The position numbers and the translations under genes were made by a program. Source: an uncultured Pirellulaceae bacterium (lineage in GTDB: Bacteria > Planctomycetota > Planctomycetia > Pirellulales > Pirellulaceae). From it: a stretch of DNA of 64,000 nucleotides. Positions 39,448 through 48,929 of this stretch are shown piece after piece (the first letter of the stretch is position 1; the number at the start of each line of letters is the position of its first letter). Where the stretch lies: contig CAYGUE010000006.1 of assembly GCA_964352885.1 (NCBI GenBank), positions 5,916 to 69,915 of the forward strand, written 5' to 3'. The notes under the pieces are model-generated. The model worked only from the letters and a program-made list of their open reading frames with translations. It made no database searches and was not told the DNA's origin.

Positions 39448-39993
39448 TCAACATGCCTTTCGATAGAGATTACCAGCTTTCACGCCAGATGCCTGTCCAT
39501 TCATCGAGTACTGGTTGTCGTCAAGGTCGCTGTCGAGTAATCCCGCAACCATTTTTCGGTAGAAATCAAAGGAATAGAACATCACCGCTTGGTTGCCGAC
39601 CAACGTTGCGTGCACCTCAATGAGTCGATCCAGTATCGTCATTCTTAGTTTCTCGAGGCGGGTGGAATTGTTGGTGTCCAATGATTGAACGAATTCGCGA
39701 ATCGACAACTGTGGTTGGTCGATTCCGCGATCTGAATTGATCGCTGACAGTGTCTTTTGCCGCTTGCATTTCAGTTCTTCTGACCGCTGCGAAAGGTTGT
39801 CAGCCATCAGGTTGAGTTGGTTAGTCTGGGACGCAGCCAACCCGCGCGAGCCCGCAGCTTCGAGCGTCACCTTGAGCGTCTGGTTCAGCTCATCCAATTT
39901 TTCCAGCAATCCCAGCTCTGATTGCAGGTGCCGTTCGACGACCACGATCAATCGCGCCATTCCCAAACCGTGGGTCGCATTTTTAGTATCCAT
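39448..39993 (-). CDS. FlgN-like chaperone
   Basis: Helical protein between flgJ and flgK; N...Y(SMNG) C-terminal pattern. Confidence 0.55.
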   Translation of the reverse strand: MDTKNATHGLGMARLIVVVERHLQSELGLLEKLDELNQTLKVTLEAAGSRGLAASQTNQLNLMADNLSQRSEELKCKRQKTLSAINSDRGIDQPQLSIREFVQSLDTNNSTRLEKLRMTILDRLIEVHATLVGNQAVMFYSFDFYRKMVAGLLDSDLDDNQYSMNGQASGVKAGNLYRKAC

Positions 39994-40013
39994 TTGAGAA
40001 TCCTTTGGTCCGA

Positions 40014-40448
40014 TCAGATCGTGAATGAAATTGGGGTCGCATCAGATGTCGCAACGCTTTTGGAACTGTCGTACATTGCCGACGCAACCGTCGACTTGAC
40101 GGATTCGTTAAGTGAACTGAGTGTCGGGCTTTGAGACTTTGCATAGTTTTCCGTGAGCATATCTGCGATCCCAAGCGGACTTGATTCTGCTAGGTCTTGC
40201 CCTACAAACATGTCGAACATACCGCCGTAAGTATCGCTCGTCTCTTCGCCAAAAAAGCCGCCGCCTTCCAATGTGTTCCTCATCTCTTTGAGCATGAGAG
40301 AAAGAAAAACACCCTCGAATTCTTTTCCGATCGAAGCAATGCGAGATTCCATCCCGCTTGATTCAAAATCCTTTGCGGCAGAATTCCCTGCCGCGTATTT
40401 TTCAATGCCGCTACCAATCAGATTGGGCGTGTTTCCAATTTCGGTCAT
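40014..40448 (-). CDS. flgJ: FlgJ rod-binding domain only (no muramidase)
   Basis: EFEGVFLSLMLKEMRNT..GGFFG..TYGGMFD..GIADML; 144 aa. Confidence 0.85.
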   Translation of the reverse strand: MTEIGNTPNLIGSGIEKYAAGNSAAKDFESSGMESRIASIGKEFEGVFLSLMLKEMRNTLEGGGFFGEETSDTYGGMFDMFVGQDLAESSPLGIADMLTENYAKSQSPTLSSLNESVKSTVASAMYDSSKSVATSDATPISFTI

Positions 40449-40457
40449 GCGAATTTC

Positions 40458-41636
40458 CTATTCAATGACAAGTTCGGCCTGTAATGCGCCTTGATTTTTT
40501 AACGTCGTAAATATGTTGATCAATGAGTTTGGAGAAACCGCCAACGTGTTCAATGCATGAGCCAGATCCCCAACGGTCAGTCCTTCTTGCCAAACGTTGT
40601 ACGTTCCTCCGGACTCAAAGATGTCGACCGACGTTCGAGGCAGAACGACGGTTTCGCCGTCGCTGAATGGTGCCGGCTGAGATGCGATCGGAGTCTCGGC
40701 GGTCGATATCACAATGTTCTCGCTCGCGAGAAGCACTCGTGAAATCTTCACGTGTTTACCCATCACGATCGTGCCAGTTTTCTGATTGATAACCACGCGA
40801 GCTCGCAAATCGGGCCGAATCCGGAGTTCGCCAAGAATAGAAATGAATGCCGGCAACGATCCTTGAAAACTTCTCGGCACAGCAATCTCCACCGTGCCTG
40901 AATCGAGTGCGCGAGTTGTATTTGGGAAAACTGAGTTCATTGCATTGGTGATCTGCGTGACGGTCGAGTACTCTTTATTTCGCAAAATCAATCGCAGCCG
41001 CCCATTGGTTAGCAACTGTTCTGGACAGATTTCTCTTTCAATGATTGCTTCGCAGACGCCAACGGTCGGATGATTCTTGGTGACCGATGCCCCAGCCCCT
41101 CCAGCAGCAACTCCACCTCCAATGATGGGGCCCTGAGCGATCGCATAGATCTCATCATCGATTCCTCGAAGGACTGTCTGATGTAACGTGCCGCCTCGCA
41201 AGCTGGTTGCGTCATCGGCGACTGAAACGTTGATCAGAATCGTTTCGCCCTTTCTTGCGTAGGGTGGAATCTTGCCTGAAACGAGCACTGCCGACAGGTT
41301 TGTCGTTTCAGCGATGCCTATCCGAATTCCTTTCCGCAGAAAATAGTTGCTGGCCATGGAACGCGTCTGCTCAGACCTACCGCCCGTTCCACTCAAACCA
41401 AATACCAGTCCACCGCCAGAAACAAGATTGTTTCGATCGCCGTCCACAAAGGTTATGTCCTTAATGCGGACGGTGGGGTCAAGCCGGCGCGGATCAAAGC
41501 CCGGGCCGTCAGTAGGTGCTGGTCGCGTTACCGTATTTGATTGCAGAAATCTGGACGTTACGTTTTGGGCGCTTAGCGACGCGACGCTACAGACGTTAAA
41601 TGATAATAGTGTTAGCAATACCAGTGTCGGTTTCAC
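40458..41636 (-). CDS. flgI: P-ring protein FlgI
   Basis: RIKDI..G.R.N...GLVFGLSGTG, DATSLRGGTL, RVVINQKTGTIV, GALQAEL; GTG start. Confidence 0.95.
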   Translation of the reverse strand: MKPTLVLLTLLSFNVCSVASLSAQNVTSRFLQSNTVTRPAPTDGPGFDPRRLDPTVRIKDITFVDGDRNNLVSGGGLVFGLSGTGGRSEQTRSMASNYFLRKGIRIGIAETTNLSAVLVSGKIPPYARKGETILINVSVADDATSLRGGTLHQTVLRGIDDEIYAIAQGPIIGGGVAAGGAGASVTKNHPTVGVCEAIIEREICPEQLLTNGRLRLILRNKEYSTVTQITNAMNSVFPNTTRALDSGTVEIAVPRSFQGSLPAFISILGELRIRPDLRARVVINQKTGTIVMGKHVKISRVLLASENIVISTAETPIASQPAPFSDGETVVLPRTSVDIFESGGTYNVWQEGLTVGDLAHALNTLAVSPNSLINIFTTLKNQGALQAELVIE

Positions 41637-41676
41637 GATATCTCAGAGGGTTAGATTTTTTGTTAAAGACCAACTC

Positions 41677-42318
41677 TTAGAACGGCCAGAGTCGATTCAT
41701 TCTTCTGCTAAATGAACCTTGATTGCTAAAGCTTTGCTCAGGCCCTCTACCAATCAACTTGATATCCAAATTCGCGACCAATCGAGAAGGAATCGAATTG
41801 TCGGGAAGCAGATCTACTTGACGCACGATTCCCGAAAGTCGAAGCGTTCGCCCATCGCCTTGGACAGAAATGTTTCGTTCCCCGGAGATGATCAAATTGC
41901 CATTTGGCTGAACGTCGATGACGGTCACGGTGAATCGATCAAGAAACTGCCGTTCACTACGGAATTCCGTGTCACCCGTAAATCCACGACTGCTATCGCT
42001 GGATTGATCTACCGTGCCCGTTCCAGCAGCGCCACCAAGTCCTCCGCCGAGACCATAGGTCAAGCTGCTATTCACACTGGAGTTGCCGGATTTGTCGAGA
42101 GATCGTTCGTCCCGGTTTTCAACGTCTGTACTTTCGCGAATGACGACCGAAAGCAGATCACCGCGTTGCCTTGCAGCGTAGTTTCGGTACTGATCGATTT
42201 GATTGGACGAACGGCGCTCGAACAGACTTTGAGCTTCAGCAACGCGCGGACTTTCCACCAATGAGCAGATGACGGCGATGCACATCAGTAGCAGCAAAGA
42301 TCGATTCAATTTTTTCAT
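41677..42318 (-). CDS. flgH: L-ring protein FlgH
   Basis: GDLLSVVIRE, VIDVQPNGNLIISG, LSGIVRQVD..N.I.S..VA. Confidence 0.92.
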   Translation of the reverse strand: MKKLNRSLLLLMCIAVICSLVESPRVAEAQSLFERRSSNQIDQYRNYAARQRGDLLSVVIRESTDVENRDERSLDKSGNSSVNSSLTYGLGGGLGGAAGTGTVDQSSDSSRGFTGDTEFRSERQFLDRFTVTVIDVQPNGNLIISGERNISVQGDGRTLRLSGIVRQVDLLPDNSIPSRLVANLDIKLIGRGPEQSFSNQGSFSRRMNRLWPF

Positions 42319-42333
42319 GCTTTCATCTCCAGA

Positions 42334-43332
42334 TTAGTTTTGCACCACAACCGTTGTTCTATCCAGAACGACCGCGTTAATTTCTTTGTTGCTGTTGGTG
42401 TTGAGAACTCGCACCATTTCGCCCTGTGCGCCGTTGGTCATCACTTTTGCGTTCTTCACTCGCAACCTAAGCGGTCCCTTTGTCAGAACGATGTCCACTA
42501 GGTCATTTCGCTTCACAAGGATTTGTTTCTTAATCGGTTGGCGACTAAGGTGTCGCGTCGTCACAATTTCATGCGGAGGAATGTCGCGACTGGCCGTGCA
42601 GCCGAGGCATTCGGAGCTTGCCAGTTCAACGGAGTTGTCGATCAAGGGGCGTTTAATGCTCTGGACGTGTCCTGCAGTGATCACCGTGCCCTTGGATACA
42701 ACCCCCGATGTCACGTAGACGTCGTGCAATACGACGATCTGAACGTGAACCTTCTGGGAGATTCGATTGCCTCGTGAATCGGAGAATTCAATCTGAATAT
42801 GTTTGTCTCCCAGAGGCAGTTGTGTTGGAAAGAACGCCATCACGCTGAAATCAGTCGTGTCGATGGAATCCCGCAGACCGTCTAATAGTTCCATATTTCG
42901 CAATCGAATCCGTACATTTCCTTTCGGAATCCCAAACTGGGAACTGAGTTCGGCCGCGAATTTCGACTCAATTCTTTGCTGTAGTTTCTCATTCGGAATC
43001 AGGTTTACATTGACCGAATCTGGCCCCAAGAACATGATGGCACTCCGCGATATCCCTGCCAACGCAATACGCACCGAGACTTGCTGCTTCGATATGACGG
43101 TCGTTGTGCCTGGAACGACGACATCCAAATCCAACGAAGCGATTTTACGCCGCAACTCAACGGATCCCCCGCGGACTTCGCAAACATCTCCAATGGACAA
43201 CTCTGCCTCTGAAACGGTCAGTTCAGCCGTACGCAACATCACCTGAAGGGTATCGTTGGCTGGCAGCGAATCGGGAACAGTCAACCCACCAAGGATCACC
43301 ATTGCTACCGTGATAATAATTCTAAGGTTCAT
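42334..43332 (-). CDS. flgA: P-ring assembly chaperone FlgA (long form)
   Basis: Signal peptide, SAF-like region, LVKRNDLV...GAQGEMVRVLNTNSNKEI. Confidence 0.85.
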   Translation of the reverse strand: MNLRIIITVAMVILGGLTVPDSLPANDTLQVMLRTAELTVSEAELSIGDVCEVRGGSVELRRKIASLDLDVVVPGTTTVISKQQVSVRIALAGISRSAIMFLGPDSVNVNLIPNEKLQQRIESKFAAELSSQFGIPKGNVRIRLRNMELLDGLRDSIDTTDFSVMAFFPTQLPLGDKHIQIEFSDSRGNRISQKVHVQIVVLHDVYVTSGVVSKGTVITAGHVQSIKRPLIDNSVELASSECLGCTASRDIPPHEIVTTRHLSRQPIKKQILVKRNDLVDIVLTKGPLRLRVKNAKVMTNGAQGEMVRVLNTNSNKEINAVVLDRTTVVVQN

Positions 43333-44115
43333 CTATCTCACCAAGTCGCTGGCAGTTGACAACATTTCATCACCGGCTCGAATTGCTCGAGAGTTTATCT
43401 CGTAGGCTCGTTGAGCTGTAATCAACGATACCAATTCCGAAACCACTTCGACGTTGGCACCTTCAAGGAAGTTGTTGCGAATGTTCCCCATCCCGTCGAC
43501 TCCAGGCTCGCCCAACGTTTCTGCACCTGAAGCTTCTGTTTCGATATAGATGTTTCCGCCCAGATTCTGTAGTCCGGCTGGGTTAGTGAATCGTGCCAAC
43601 TGGATTGACGGTCCGGTCGTAGAAACCCCGTTCAGCTGATAGGAAACGATGCCACTGTCTGAAATATTGACGTTGGTTGCCAGCGGCGGAATAGTGACCT
43701 GAGGGTCAAGGAGATAGCCATCCCCTGTCACCAATTGGCCTTGGGCATCGGTCGTAAACGATCCGTCGCGGGTGTAGCCGATGGTCTCACCCTTGGTGAC
43801 TTTGAAGAAGCCATCTCCCTCGATCGCCATGTGCGTCGCAACCCCTGTTTCATTCGGAGTTCCCTGAGAGAACACACTCGTTGTGCCGACAGCGCGAACG
43901 CCACTGCCGATTTGCAAACCGATGGGCTTTACTTGTCCCGCTGCTCCTGCTGCTGCCCCCGGTGCTGCGATGGTGTCATAGATTAAATCCGCAAAATTGA
44001 TGTGTTTTTTCTTGAAGCCATTTGTGTTCACGTTGGCAAGGTTGTTGGCCGTGTTGTCGATCAACATCTCTTGCGCTCGCATACCGGTCGCACTTGAATA
44101 GAAAGCTTTTAGCAT
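43333..44115 (-). CDS. flgG: Distal rod protein FlgG
   Basis: SATGMRAQ..ANNLANVNTNGFK, GLQIGSGV, YTRDGSF, LITAQRAYEINSR; start moved to 44115. Confidence 0.95.
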   Translation of the reverse strand: MLKAFYSSATGMRAQEMLIDNTANNLANVNTNGFKKKHINFADLIYDTIAAPGAAAGAAGQVKPIGLQIGSGVRAVGTTSVFSQGTPNETGVATHMAIEGDGFFKVTKGETIGYTRDGSFTTDAQGQLVTGDGYLLDPQVTIPPLATNVNISDSGIVSYQLNGVSTTGPSIQLARFTNPAGLQNLGGNIYIETEASGAETLGEPGVDGMGNIRNNFLEGANVEVVSELVSLITAQRAYEINSRAIRAGDEMLSTASDLVR

Positions 44116-44146
44116 CTCGAATGGTTCCTTGTTCGTTGTCTGGCGA

Positions 44147-44863
44147 TTATGCCCGAATGTGTTCTCGTAATGCCTCAGAAATCGTCGACGAAGCTTTTTG
44201 AATCGCTTCGTACTGCCTAGTTCCAATGATCATCTTGATCATTTCGGAAACAGGATTTCCGTTGGAGTACTCTTGATTGAATTGGGTAACGACCGCTGTC
44301 GACTCTGCCTGAATCGAATCCGCACCGGCCTTGAAAATGGATTGGCTAACCGGAATCAGTGATTGATTGTCTGTAAATGCGGCGACACCGAGCTTGCCGA
44401 ACTCCCGCCCGCCACCGCTGACGGTTCCATCTGAAGCGATGAAGATTTCGGAGTCGCCGATTTCCGCTGGAATGGTAATCGGACCAGACTCACCTAGCAC
44501 AGCAAGCCCTTCGTTGTTCGTCAGCGTACCCGAATCCGGGTTGCGATAGAAATGGCCGCCGCGTGAGTACACGGGTCCCGTTGGACTTTCAAATGAAAAG
44601 AAGCCGTCTCCAACAAGGCTGGCATCAAGGGCCCTGCCGGTTTGATGAAGCCGTCCATTCGTGAAGCTGGTGTGCAGCTCCAAAGCCTCCGGCCCAAGTT
44701 CGTTCAAGAGGTTGTTGGGCTGAGGGTTTTCCCTCTGGCTGACTGCAAACTGGGCGATCCGATGCCCACTCGTATTCAAGTTGGCCAAGTTCGAGGAAAT
44801 AAGTTCCTGTTGCTTGGTGATGACATCAAGTGCAGCTGCGCCGTTATACAAACCACGAATCAT
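44147..44863 (-). CDS. flgF: Proximal rod protein FlgF
   Basis: MIRGLY..SNLANLNTSG, TGRALD..GDGFF, YSRGG, SNGNPVSEM; start moved to 44863 (AGGAAG RBS). Confidence 0.9.
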   Translation of the reverse strand: MIRGLYNGAAALDVITKQQELISSNLANLNTSGHRIAQFAVSQRENPQPNNLLNELGPEALELHTSFTNGRLHQTGRALDASLVGDGFFSFESPTGPVYSRGGHFYRNPDSGTLTNNEGLAVLGESGPITIPAEIGDSEIFIASDGTVSGGGREFGKLGVAAFTDNQSLIPVSQSIFKAGADSIQAESTAVVTQFNQEYSNGNPVSEMIKMIIGTRQYEAIQKASSTISEALREHIRA

Positions 44864-44948
44864 GATTGTTCTTCCTGACCAACATGACAAAGACTTCCGG
44901 GAGATGGTCCGAGAAATTGCGGATAACGCGGACGAACCGAATCTCTTT

Positions 44949-44964
44949 CGCAAACTGCATGCCA
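44949..44964 (-). promoter_or_regulatory. Sigma-54 -24/-12 promoter of the flgF-flgL operon
   Basis: Minus strand TGGCAT-GCAGT-TTGCG, about 85 bp upstream of the flgF start. Confidence 0.8.
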
Positions 44965-45064
44965 ACGGATAACAAATCGTTACGCACATGCAATGTCGTT
45001 GTCATTCAACGTGTTTCGAATTCAGAAATAGGGTCAACACTAAAAGTTGGTAGCGGTGCAGACA

Positions 45065-45099
45065 GGAAAGAAGTGCGCTCGTGTTGCAATTATTTTCCG
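45065..45099. promoter_or_regulatory. Candidate enhancer (UAS) for the flgF sigma-54 promoter
   Basis: GGAAA-N16-GCAAT-N2-TTTTCCG, same architecture as 18751-18785; about 100-135 bp from the -24 element. Confidence 0.5.
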
Positions 45100-45295
45100 T
45101 TCACTGCTCTCAAGTGGTCATGATGCGCGGTCGATAGACTTTAACGGCTCTAGCAATTATTAGTGTCAGGCGAAATTTCGATACAAGCTTTAACAGGGTT
45201 CTGTACCGAACAGATAATCATGTTTCGCTTTCTCATCTAATCCACATCGTGGCGAACTCGTTCGCTAACGTTGTCAAACAAGGTGTGTTGGAAGA

Positions 45296-45817
45296 ATGTC
45301 CGAAGAAATCGAAAGCTCAGAAGCAACCGTAAAGAAGCCTAGCTTGATTGGCAAAATCATCGCTTGGGGAGCCATCTTCGTGATGGGCGCTGGAGCAGGG
45401 TTTGCCGTACCTATGCTGACAGCCGGAGCGCCGGACAAGAGTGTGAATCCTGCCACGCTCGGAGTAAAGCTGATGGACTTCCCTGAACCAGTCGACGAAA
45501 CGGCATTCATTGAATTTGATGAAGTCGTTGCCAACCTCAACGATCCACGTTCGTCTCGTTTCGTCAACTGTTCTCTCTCCCTTCAAGTATCAAAATCACA
45601 GGTTGAAGAACTTACCAAGCTGTCGGAAGCAAAAAAGGTGTTGCTGACGAACTGGCTCATTGCTCATCTTCGCGACAAGACGCTTGAGGAAGTTCAAGGC
45701 AAATATGGCCACAACCTGCTTCGACGTGAGATTCATGGAAAATTCAACGAGATGCTTTTCACGGATGGCATCGAGCGGATTCAAGATGTTTTGTTTAGTG
45801 GTTTCACAATCCAATGA
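45296..45817 (+). CDS. fliL: FliL
   Basis: Single N-terminal TM, VVANLND..RF, KTLEEVQG..G...LRREI, IQDVLFSGFTIQ. Confidence 0.9.
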   Translation: MSEEIESSEATVKKPSLIGKIIAWGAIFVMGAGAGFAVPMLTAGAPDKSVNPATLGVKLMDFPEPVDETAFIEFDEVVANLNDPRSSRFVNCSLSLQVSKSQVEELTKLSEAKKVLLTNWLIAHLRDKTLEEVQGKYGHNLLRREIHGKFNEMLFTDGIERIQDVLFSGFTIQ

Positions 45818-46683
45818 GCGATAAAGAATACGTCCTTTACGACTTTCGCCAAGCTGGATCGTTCGACGATTCAGCGAATGCGTTTCGCACATGGATCGCT
45901 AAGGCATCACAAGCTTTTACGGATCAATGGGATCGCATTGCAAATTCAGACGCGAGTCTAACTCCAACCGATATCCGCACTCAGTCGATGGATTCGGCCA
46001 TTGAAAAAGTGCCCGTCTCTGATCTGTGCTGCACTTTCAATATCAACGATGAACAAACTAAATCCATTTGGCACATTTCACAAGAAGACGCCCAGAAGAT
46101 CGTGGCTGAGTTGCTCGACATGGCGCCATCGGCCGAGATTGTCGACCGTCCATTAACCGAATTGGAACTTGTTCTTGTGCGTGCCTTTTTCGACATTCTG
46201 GCCCGTTCAATCAATCAGGGATGGCTTGGAGCACAGCCGATCCGCTGTGAAATAGAAGCAATTTCCACGAACCCCAAACGGGTGCGGCTTTGCCGCGAAA
46301 AGGACCTCGTCATCACGAGTAGCCTGATCATTCAACTTCCCAGAGGTGATGTGAACATTCATTGGGTTGCCAAAAAACAGGAGATGTCGGTGATTCTGGA
46401 AATGATGACTGAACGACGCAAGCCACTGGCAAACAAGAATGACCCGCAAGCTGTTGTTGAGCAGATCCCAATCGAGATCGTTGGGTTTCTGGGACAGGCG
46501 AGCATCCCCATGCGGCGATTGGCAAACATGGCCGTTGGGGACATCGTCCAATTGGATCAAAGAATCGATTGCCCAATTGTGGCGTCAGTCGCGGGTCGAC
46601 CATTTTTCAAATGTTGGCCAGGAAAAATCGGCAATACGATTGGCCTTGAGATTTCGAGTTGTCTCGGCTCGCAAGGTCAGTGA
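45814..46683 (+). CDS. fliM: Switch protein FliM (no CheY-binding N-terminus)
   Basis: Starts directly at the YDFR motif; RPLTELE; C-terminal SpoA domain (VGDIVQL). Confidence 0.85.
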   Translation: MSDKEYVLYDFRQAGSFDDSANAFRTWIAKASQAFTDQWDRIANSDASLTPTDIRTQSMDSAIEKVPVSDLCCTFNINDEQTKSIWHISQEDAQKIVAELLDMAPSAEIVDRPLTELELVLVRAFFDILARSINQGWLGAQPIRCEIEAISTNPKRVRLCREKDLVITSSLIIQLPRGDVNIHWVAKKQEMSVILEMMTERRKPLANKNDPQAVVEQIPIEIVGFLGQASIPMRRLANMAVGDIVQLDQRIDCPIVASVAGRPFFKCWPGKIGNTIGLEISSCLGSQGQ

Positions 46684-46733
46684 TCAAACAAGCACCAAAA
46701 CATTTCAATTGCCACAGAGTAAGCGACCCAATC

Positions 46734-47129
46734 ATGACCGAAGAATCACCATCAGTAGAAATGCCAACAGACGCATCTGAAACCGAAGCTGCTGCAGCGA
46801 AAGCGTCTGCAACACCTGAGCCTCAGGATGATGTTCGAACTCCAGAATTCCCGGATCTGAAACCAACAACCTCTCCCGTTGGAGCGGCGGGCGAACTGAA
46901 TCGGCTTTATGACGTTCAAGTGACCGTGGCTGCAGAACTCGGAAGGATTAGCGTGCCAATCCAGAAACTATTGGGACTGACGGAGGGTGCGGTGTTTGAA
47001 TTGGATCGTAGCATCAGTTCACCCATCGAATTGGTAGCCCAGGGCATTCCACTGGGAAACGGCGAGGTCGTTGTTGTTGACGATTCTTTTGCGATCCGCA
47101 TCAAAGAAATTTACGCCAACCCATCCTGA
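46734..47129 (+). CDS. fliN: Switch protein FliN
   Basis: DVQVTVAAELGR, GEVVVVDDSFAIRI; start moved to 46734. Confidence 0.93.
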   Translation: MTEESPSVEMPTDASETEAAAAKASATPEPQDDVRTPEFPDLKPTTSPVGAAGELNRLYDVQVTVAAELGRISVPIQKLLGLTEGAVFELDRSISSPIELVAQGIPLGNGEVVVVDDSFAIRIKEIYANPS

Positions 47130-47277
47130 GAGATGGGCGTGGCACTTGTGTTAATGAAAGCGACCGACGGTTGTTTTCGAGACGAAGAGAAAGTGAGCCG
47201 ACGTGTTGATCAAAGCAATAGTACTCGCGTCAAACCGCGACGCTCCGGGGTTGACGCTGCCGTCGGGACTTAAGTTC

Positions 47278-48189
47278 ATGCGCAGCGTTTCCATTTTGGC
47301 TGCTGCGTTGGCGATCGTCATTGCTTCTTCGACTTCCTATGCGCGTGCGCAAAATTCTCTGGGAACTGGATATCCGCCGACCGTGAGCGCAATTGACCGC
47401 CTTTCGGCGCCTCAGTCAGCATCTGCAGTACCGGCACCGCTACGATATGACAATCAGGTCGTTCGAACCGGCTACGATCAAGCACCCAGTGAAAACGCCA
47501 AGTCACGCGAAGGTTGGACGACGGATGACATTCGAGCGATCGCAAAATTGAGTTCTGCAGCGACGCAGGGCGACTCGCCGAGACCTAACTTCATTCAACG
47601 CGAAAAAGAATTGACCGGTTCGACAGGCGCATCAACCGATGCAATGCCCAAGAAACAGAATTTCGGCAAGCTCATTGCCAACATTGGAATGAACCTTGCC
47701 TTTGTCTTGCTTGTTGGGATTGGCTTTATCGTTATTTCGAAACAGTGGTTCAATCCAAAAGCCAACAACAAGAAAAACAAAACAGAGGAAGATATAAGTA
47801 ACTCGTTGCTAGTCAAGGAAAAACTTGACCTCGATGGCAAATCCACGATGCGCGTCATTCAATGGAAGGACTTTGAAATTCTCGTGGCCAGTGGCGCCGA
47901 AGGTGTTCAGGCGATGATTCCATTGACACCGACGTTTTCTGAAACGTTCGATCAGGTCGAGACTGAGTTTGGGGACCGTGAAATCGAACCTCAGCGAGTA
48001 GAAACACGGCGGTCGGAGACTCAATCACAGTCGAGTCGTTTTTCCGCCAGATCACCTGCAATATCTGAATCAAACCCGGCCGGGATCGATGACAAACTCA
48101 TCCAGATGTTACTGGATAGCGCCAACCGCTCTGCGGAGTCCAAATCTGCTGCTTCGAGTTCCTATTCTGCCAAAGTGAAGAGAGCATGA
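47278..48189 (+). CDS. FliO-like protein with extended periplasmic N-terminus
   Basis: Between fliN and fliP; signal peptide, one TM, then LLVKEKLDLDGKSTMRVIQWKDFEILVA as in the FliO cytoplasmic domain. Confidence 0.6.
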   Translation: MRSVSILAAALAIVIASSTSYARAQNSLGTGYPPTVSAIDRLSAPQSASAVPAPLRYDNQVVRTGYDQAPSENAKSREGWTTDDIRAIAKLSSAATQGDSPRPNFIQREKELTGSTGASTDAMPKKQNFGKLIANIGMNLAFVLLVGIGFIVISKQWFNPKANNKKNKTEEDISNSLLVKEKLDLDGKSTMRVIQWKDFEILVASGAEGVQAMIPLTPTFSETFDQVETEFGDREIEPQRVETRRSETQSQSSRFSARSPAISESNPAGIDDKLIQMLLDSANRSAESKSAASSSYSAKVKRA

Positions 48190-48917
48190 ACCTATTCCTG
48201 TTGGCACAATTGGCTGAAACGCCGACGAAAGATCCGGGCGTCCTCTCGAATCTTACGCCGCCGATGCAGATTGCGCTGTTGCTGGGAGCGTTAAGCTTCG
48301 CGACAGCCTTGATGGTCAGCGTCACAGCATTCACTCGTATCGTGATCGTGCTGTCGTTTGTGCGTCGTGCGCTGTCGACTCAGGAGATTCCACCCAATCC
48401 AGTATTGCTTGGACTCAGCCTATTTCTGACTTTGTTTGTGATGGCACCAACCTTCGAAGCCATCAACGAAAAAGCCATACAACCTCTCTTAGAATCTCAA
48501 GAGATTGTCGCAAAAGATTCAACAGCGACGCCCACCTTTGACTTTCAGCAGGCTTGGGACGTCACGGTCCTTGAACTGAAAACGTTCATGATGGCGAACA
48601 CTCGTACTGATGACCTTGAGCTATTTTTTGACCTCTCAGAAACCGAGCCACCCTACGAGCGTCTGGAAACGCCGCTGAAGATCGTCGTGCCCGCGTTCAT
48701 TATCAGTGAGTTGAAAACCTCATTCATTATGGGTTTCTGTATATACATTCCGTTCCTGCTGATCGACTTGGTTGTTTCAACGATCCTGATGTCTCTCGGA
48801 ATGATGATGATGCCTCCGGTTGTCGTTTCGACACCGTGTAAAATCTTGTTGTTCGTGATGGTCGACGGCTGGCAACTGATTTGCAAAGCACTTGTTTCCA
48901 GTTTTGTAGCAGGATAA
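48186..48917 (+). CDS. fliP: Export gate protein FliP
   Basis: TAFTRIVIVLSFVRRAL..QEIPPN, PAFIISELKTSF, GMMMMPP. Confidence 0.97.
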   Translation: MNLFLLAQLAETPTKDPGVLSNLTPPMQIALLLGALSFATALMVSVTAFTRIVIVLSFVRRALSTQEIPPNPVLLGLSLFLTLFVMAPTFEAINEKAIQPLLESQEIVAKDSTATPTFDFQQAWDVTVLELKTFMMANTRTDDLELFFDLSETEPPYERLETPLKIVVPAFIISELKTSFIMGFCIYIPFLLIDLVVSTILMSLGMMMMPPVVVSTPCKILLFVMVDGWQLICKALVSSFVAG

Positions 48918-48929
48918 CACAGCACCAAA

